From Amphiscolops sp. MND2022 (taxonomy: Eukaryota), in NCBI GenBank assembly GCA_964187785.1, contig OZ076421.1, positions 48,112,001 to 48,176,000 on the forward strand: DNA of 64,000 nucleotides. The letters are read 5' to 3'. This document shows positions 58,766 through 64,000 of the stretch, one piece after another. The translations under genes were made by a program, and so were the position numbers. How positions within the stretch are numbered: the stretch's first letter is position 1; the number at the start of each line of letters is the position of its first letter. Under the pieces are notes generated by a model. That model had not been told where the DNA came from and searched no databases. It saw only the letters and a list, made by a program, of their open reading frames with translations.

Positions 58766-61700
58766 CTGAAACAGAAAAAATTCCGCTGCAAACATAGATG
58801 CTCATAAACTGTTCATGGTAAAAGAACAATTGAAAACATTGAGAGGATGGGTGCTGAATAAATTCAACAAAGCACTGGATCCGGTTTCTCTTATTTGCGA
58901 ACAATCCTCTATTGGCAACCAAAAAACCTCAACAGATGAAATTTGATATGCATGAAAATGCTGAAATTAAAATGGGAAAGGGAAAATGGTTGAAGAAAAG
59001 ATCAGTTGTGCTGCTCCGTGTAAATAATATTTGCAAATGTGTTAATTCAAATTTCTGACAATGTCATTGTTTGACAAGGTTACTCTTCTCTTGTCATTTT
59101 ATCAACATATTTGTCAACATATCTCACGAAAAAATGGACCTTTTGAACTTTGACCTGTTTTATATTAGTTATGAATATAGGAAGTTGATGAGCAAAAGAG
59201 ACAGGTACATACAAGCTCTGAATTGGTCAAACGAACCACCCATCAAGTGAAAAATTTAACCGCGACAAGAATAGAAAAAACCTTAAGCCGAAAATAAAGC
59301 TCCAACAGCGCGCATAATGTATTCCGTTTGACAAAGTCTGATTGAAAGCTCTCACCGTTCAAACATTAGCTCGGAAGGAAAGCGAGAACGAAACAATTTG
59401 AATCAACCAAGTTTTTGTCAGCGGACTCAAGAGACCTCTCAGTTTAATCATTCGCAATTCCAGCCGTCAAGGACCTGATCGCAGTGAGAAAAGTGAAGAC
59501 ACATCAACCGAGCCAAGAAACAAACGGGGAATGACCTTCGCTCAAAAAGGACAAAAAATGTCTAGTGCTGTTAGTAAACTGAATTTCGAGTATTCTCACA
59601 TATTTCTCAAGAATATAGAACTACATAGAGATTTCGTTATGGAGAAGATATGAGTTTGAATCGCAACTAGCGGTGTCTGGAACCGAACATATCCTAGAAA
59701 CCGATAATATTAATAAGCTGTAAAACAAGCTCTTATTCCAGCATGATGGAAATACAGTCTGCTAAATATCTGTGAAGTAAAATACTATGTTATTTACTTA
59801 CCTATGGGCAATATTAAATCATATAATAGGATCTCTGGTTGGGCGCAACTCTACGTTACTTGGACCTAATCCCATCTTTACCCCTCAGTCTGAGCTATTC
59901 ATTTGCTTAATTATTGAGCCCCCTTGTTCCGGTGCCGGCATAATTGATAATGCATTATAGTAACCACTGATTTACTATTTCACTAATATGATGACTTGTC
60001 ACGACACCAAAGGAGAAAGTCAAACTGGTCTGACGGATGTAAAAGAGATGAACTTTAAGTGGTGGCAGTTAACTCTCGCCTCAGAGTGAAGCTGTTGTGA
60101 TTTCTCATCATAAGTTCCTCGTTTTATTATATTATCAAGAGAAGTAGCAAAGTTCACCTGTTTCTCATCGTTGATTCATCGGTGCATTGTGTTACCAAGA
60201 GAAACAGCAAAGTTCAGGTTTCTCATCGTTGATGCCATATTATGTAAGCTAACGTGTTAATTACATAGCAAATCCATCAGAGGAATTGCATCTCAGAATG
60301 TCCTAACGAATCCATCAGTGGATACAAGTTTAACTCATCTTTACACTGTTATTGTTCGATTATACCAGTAAAAACATTCGAACTAATTGCTAATCTTGTT
60401 CCACTCTCACGGACAAAAGCATCAAATTTACATCATGCAAGTACATTGACTAGAGAACAGAGAACATAGCCTGGTAGAGGAAGTGAGGATTACTTCTAAA
60501 CTTAAAAAAGGAGTTTTGTGCTGGATTTAAATTGAAAATACATGTAGTTCATCAGGCCCTTAAAACCATCGTTTATTCATCAGTTTTTGGTTTGATCAGT
60601 TGTAGAATCATACGCATTACAAGTTTGCATTCAATTATCGTTATTTCATGGGTGCTATTAATCAGGTTGAGAAATTGTTTGTAGTTGAATTAGGTGTGAA
60701 AGTTCATCACTTTCACGTCGTGGCAACAAAGGGACAAAGGTTGTAACGCTGGTAATTGCCAAGTGTAAGTTGATGACAGTAAATCCAGTAAATGCGCAAC
60801 CATTGCCTGGAATTGGCCATACAGCGGCAAATTGCGACATAAACGATCACACGGCTTACTAATTAGCACGTTCCGGAGTAAGCAATAAGAAAATGCAGTT
60901 GATAAGAATTTGAGTCCTACCAACGAAGCGTGACACGCAATTTGCTAAAGGGGAAGCCGCCATAAGTGACTAGTTAGTGGAATACTCATACGCCCTACTG
61001 TTCAGTTGTTATAAAACCTTGAGACTTTAACTGACTACTTGCTTATCTGATTCTATTGCAACCATCGATACTTAAACTCATCGGAAAAAGAACTGCAAAC
61101 TAAATTCGAAAAGTGTATTTTCCTCAACGAATTTCATCGTATTCACTTCTGCAATATGTTGGTAAATTGACATAATGACAAAACTACTTTCTTTAGTCTA
61201 GACTAGTAGATTAGTCTAGTAGACTAAATTATTCAGTCCTCGAAAATCAGATAAACTCATCACAAAATCATCCACAATCCAGTCTTGACTCCAGATAGTC
61301 TTTCAACCATGGCATGAGCTCAGAAGAGGGTACTAGACTTCGACGTGGAAAAATCATGTATACATCAGCAATTTCGGGGAGTATTACAATCAGCAATACT
61401 GAGTCGGCAGCAGAGTCCAATGTGAATTTTCAAATAGCTGAAATAAAAGATAGCTGTGAAAGGAAGTTCAAGGAATTGCAATCTGAGGTTGGAGAACTGA
61501 AGAACTTAATGACACCAAAGATGGAAAAGTCAAGTAATGCCAATGCGACTACGTCAGGTCAAGGTTCTTCAAAGCAACCCTGACGAGGGTCTGAAATACA
61601 CCGAATATCAATCACCGAATATGGCAATTCAGAGACCAGTAACCTTGCCGAAGAAAAAAGGCACTAAAATCAAATACTAACACAACAAAATGCTCAAAGG

Positions 61701-63322
61701 AACACAAGTCCTCCACTCACGAAAACAGCAGCTACTGGGCTACAGGGTCATTCGAGATTTTTGCAGAAACGCAATTCGCTTCTCGACAAAACAGCTTAAC
61801 AAAACGAAGTAGAAATCCGCTCAACCAACGAGAAAGGATTCGTCTTGGATTACTTCTCGACCAAAGTGACGAAAAACCAATTCACACGAACGAGCTAAGG
61901 CTACATAAGTTGGAATGAAAATTTACCCCCCCCCCCCCTCCGACTAAAGTAAGAAAGATAAACCGGGTTTAACAGTCCTCCTGGCGAAACATTTCGTGCG
62001 AACTTTCGGGAAACTGTGAGCAATCCCATTTGATACCGGTCAAAAAAAAACAAAAAGCTGCTTTGTTACAGGAAAAACGAAAACTGCGACTTTACACTAA
62101 ACTTTTTATGTAAAAACTTTATATGCAGTAAAGAAACAAGAAACCAATACCAAATTCTTTCATCTACATTCAGACCCCCAATCGCCGAATATGGTGGTAT
62201 CGTTGATGTCATTACACCGACTAATAGCGGTCGCAGGCATTGAATTGTAAAGTTCGAAAATCTGTCAAACCAGTTTCAAAAATAGACGATGGTTCAGATA
62301 GATCTCAGTTTTGCTATACAAGTAGGTATGAAATTCAATATTTAGTTATGTAACATTTTTTTACCGAGAACACAAAAGAAGGATCTTTCAGTAAAATATC
62401 CTTTAACGAAATGATAGTGATAATGCTACAAATTGTCTGTTTCACCCAGCTTCTGAAGATTTCGCATTCAAAAGTCGAAACTATATGTGGATTTATCAAC
62501 GTCGTTCACTAGATTTGACGATTTGATGATTTTTTGGTGCCTTTATTACACCATTTGACCATGATGATGATTTAAACTTATGATTTTTTGATTTTTAGAT
62601 ATACTGTTCACTTAAGCAGAGCGTAAAAGAAAATCAAAACGAAATGCTCAATGACACTGCTTTGTTTTCCGTATAAAATCAAGTTCCTTGAAAACGAAAA
62701 AGCAACGAAAGAACCTCAAGCTAAAAGTAGACTCATATTTAGGAACTTTTTTCTTAAAAAACTTCAGAAAACTTTTTTGAGAGGGCAAAGAAAGTTAAAA
62801 ACAATTTGGAATGAAAGTAAGTTCAAAATAATTGTCTCACCTGGACATTTTGAATTTCTAATTCAGCAATAAAATGGGAATTTTGTAACTTCAATGTAGT
62901 AAAAAACGTCTCAATGTAACAAAAGTATAAACGCAGTGCTTCAACACTTCGGCTCAACGTAAGTTCTCAATTAAAATTGCTTTTCTTTTTGTCTCGAGTG
63001 TCGCACAGAAACTCAAAGAAAGTGGTTTCACGACTGAAAATCTGAACAGACTAACTCAGTTCTCAAATAAAATTCTTTCAGCTTGGTTTAGTAATAATTG
63101 TACCATGTTTATTACTCTCAGTACCTCGGCTTGTTGGTTAATAACCACAGTAGATTTACCAAGGCATTTAAAAGCAGTTTCTTGCACGTTTTAACACGAA
63201 TGAGTCACTGTTTTGAGTTTCACGATGTTGTCAAAGTATGAGAGTGAATTTAAGTGACATTTAAATACCAGTCCGCCATTAAAAAGAACATACGTAGGGT
63301 AGGTTTTGACTCAATTTCTATT

Positions 63323-63983
63323 GGGTGAACCACAAAAAACGGAACGTGCAAAAATTTTTGAGCTCTCAAAGTTCTAAATATTTGTCAACAAACGTTTCCA
63401 AGCAACGTTCAACACTCCTGTCAATCATTCAAATTTGTTACGTTTCTTAGGAGCGAAAATGCTTTCACACATTGAAAGTGAGAACGAAATGACTGGTAGA
63501 CACGTCCTGGACTATTTTTATTGGTTCAAACCGTCTTTGGTTGGAGATGTGATTACATAATATGAGCATGAATCAAAATAATTGATAGATTAAATTTGAA
63601 AGATTTTCAGTGCCTTGTTTACAAACAATACGATTTTGAAGACGCAAAACTTTGTGCATTCCGTTTTTTTGGTTCACCTACTAGTAGGTGAACCAAAAAT
63701 CGGAACGCACAAAATATTCACTCTTCAAATTCGTAATATTTGTAAACAAGACACTAAAAATCTTTCACTTTCTCTGTCAATCATCCTCTGATTACGTAAT
63801 CAAGTATTCAACAGAGTATGATCCGAACTTTCATAAAAAGTCTAGAAATTTTTACCAGTCATTTCGTTCACACTTTTGATGTGTGAAAGTTTCTCGGAGT
63901 TGTTTTGAAACATGTTTTGACAAATACTTGAAACTTTGTGAACTCGTATTCCTTGCCTTCCGTTCTTTCATGGTTCACTTAGC
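63323..63983. mobile_element. Two adjacent TIR elements (GGTGAACC ends) forming a palindrome at their junction
   Basis: Perfect 34-bp palindrome at 63666-63699, with imperfect pairing across about 63612-63752. Confidence 0.6.
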
Positions 63984-64000
63984 AGTGTTTCAGTCTAAGT

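Noticed and set aside
61314-61583. 89-aa ORF with a coiled-coil-like stretch; similar coding-looking remnants at about 33570-33830 and 44349-44567
   Set aside because: Possibly decayed gag N-termini, but no diagnostic motif, LTR or PBS could be confirmed by eye.
58766-64000. Initiator exon or promoter of the adhesion gene
   Set aside because: No ATG-containing phase-2 exon or promoter could be singled out from many weak candidates.

Overview
Eukaryotic (metazoan), AT-rich, repeat-dense genomic DNA; it is not prokaryotic and has no CRISPR array. The backbone is one intron-rich gene on the minus strand, rebuilt by hand from 19 coding exons (58765 down to 1074, about 973 codons) with compatible splice phases throughout; two joins rest on non-standard donors, at exons 6 and 14. 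It encodes a signal peptide, six Ig-like domains and at least two FN3 domains, i.e. a contactin-like/L1-branch neural cell-adhesion molecule. The start codon and the C-terminus were not located. The introns hold: (1) an apparently intact, very young Ty3/gypsy (Mag/SURL-like) LTR retrotransposon at 51390-57231, with identical 181-bp LTRs, a 5-bp TSD and a single 1764-aa gag-pol ORF; (2) an older, gag-deleted relative at 12320-16869, whose 5' part lies in a ~3-3.7-kb tandem duplication; (3) a decayed Tc1/mariner element; (4) many non-autonomous TIR elements, including a CATTA-ended MITE whose empty site survives in the duplicate, MULE/hAT-like MITEs and a Helentron/HINE-like family; (5) tRNA-derived SINE-like heads, minisatellites and long hairpins. 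Most long ORFs in the supplied track are minisatellite artefacts. All calls are from reading the sequence only; no database searches were run.
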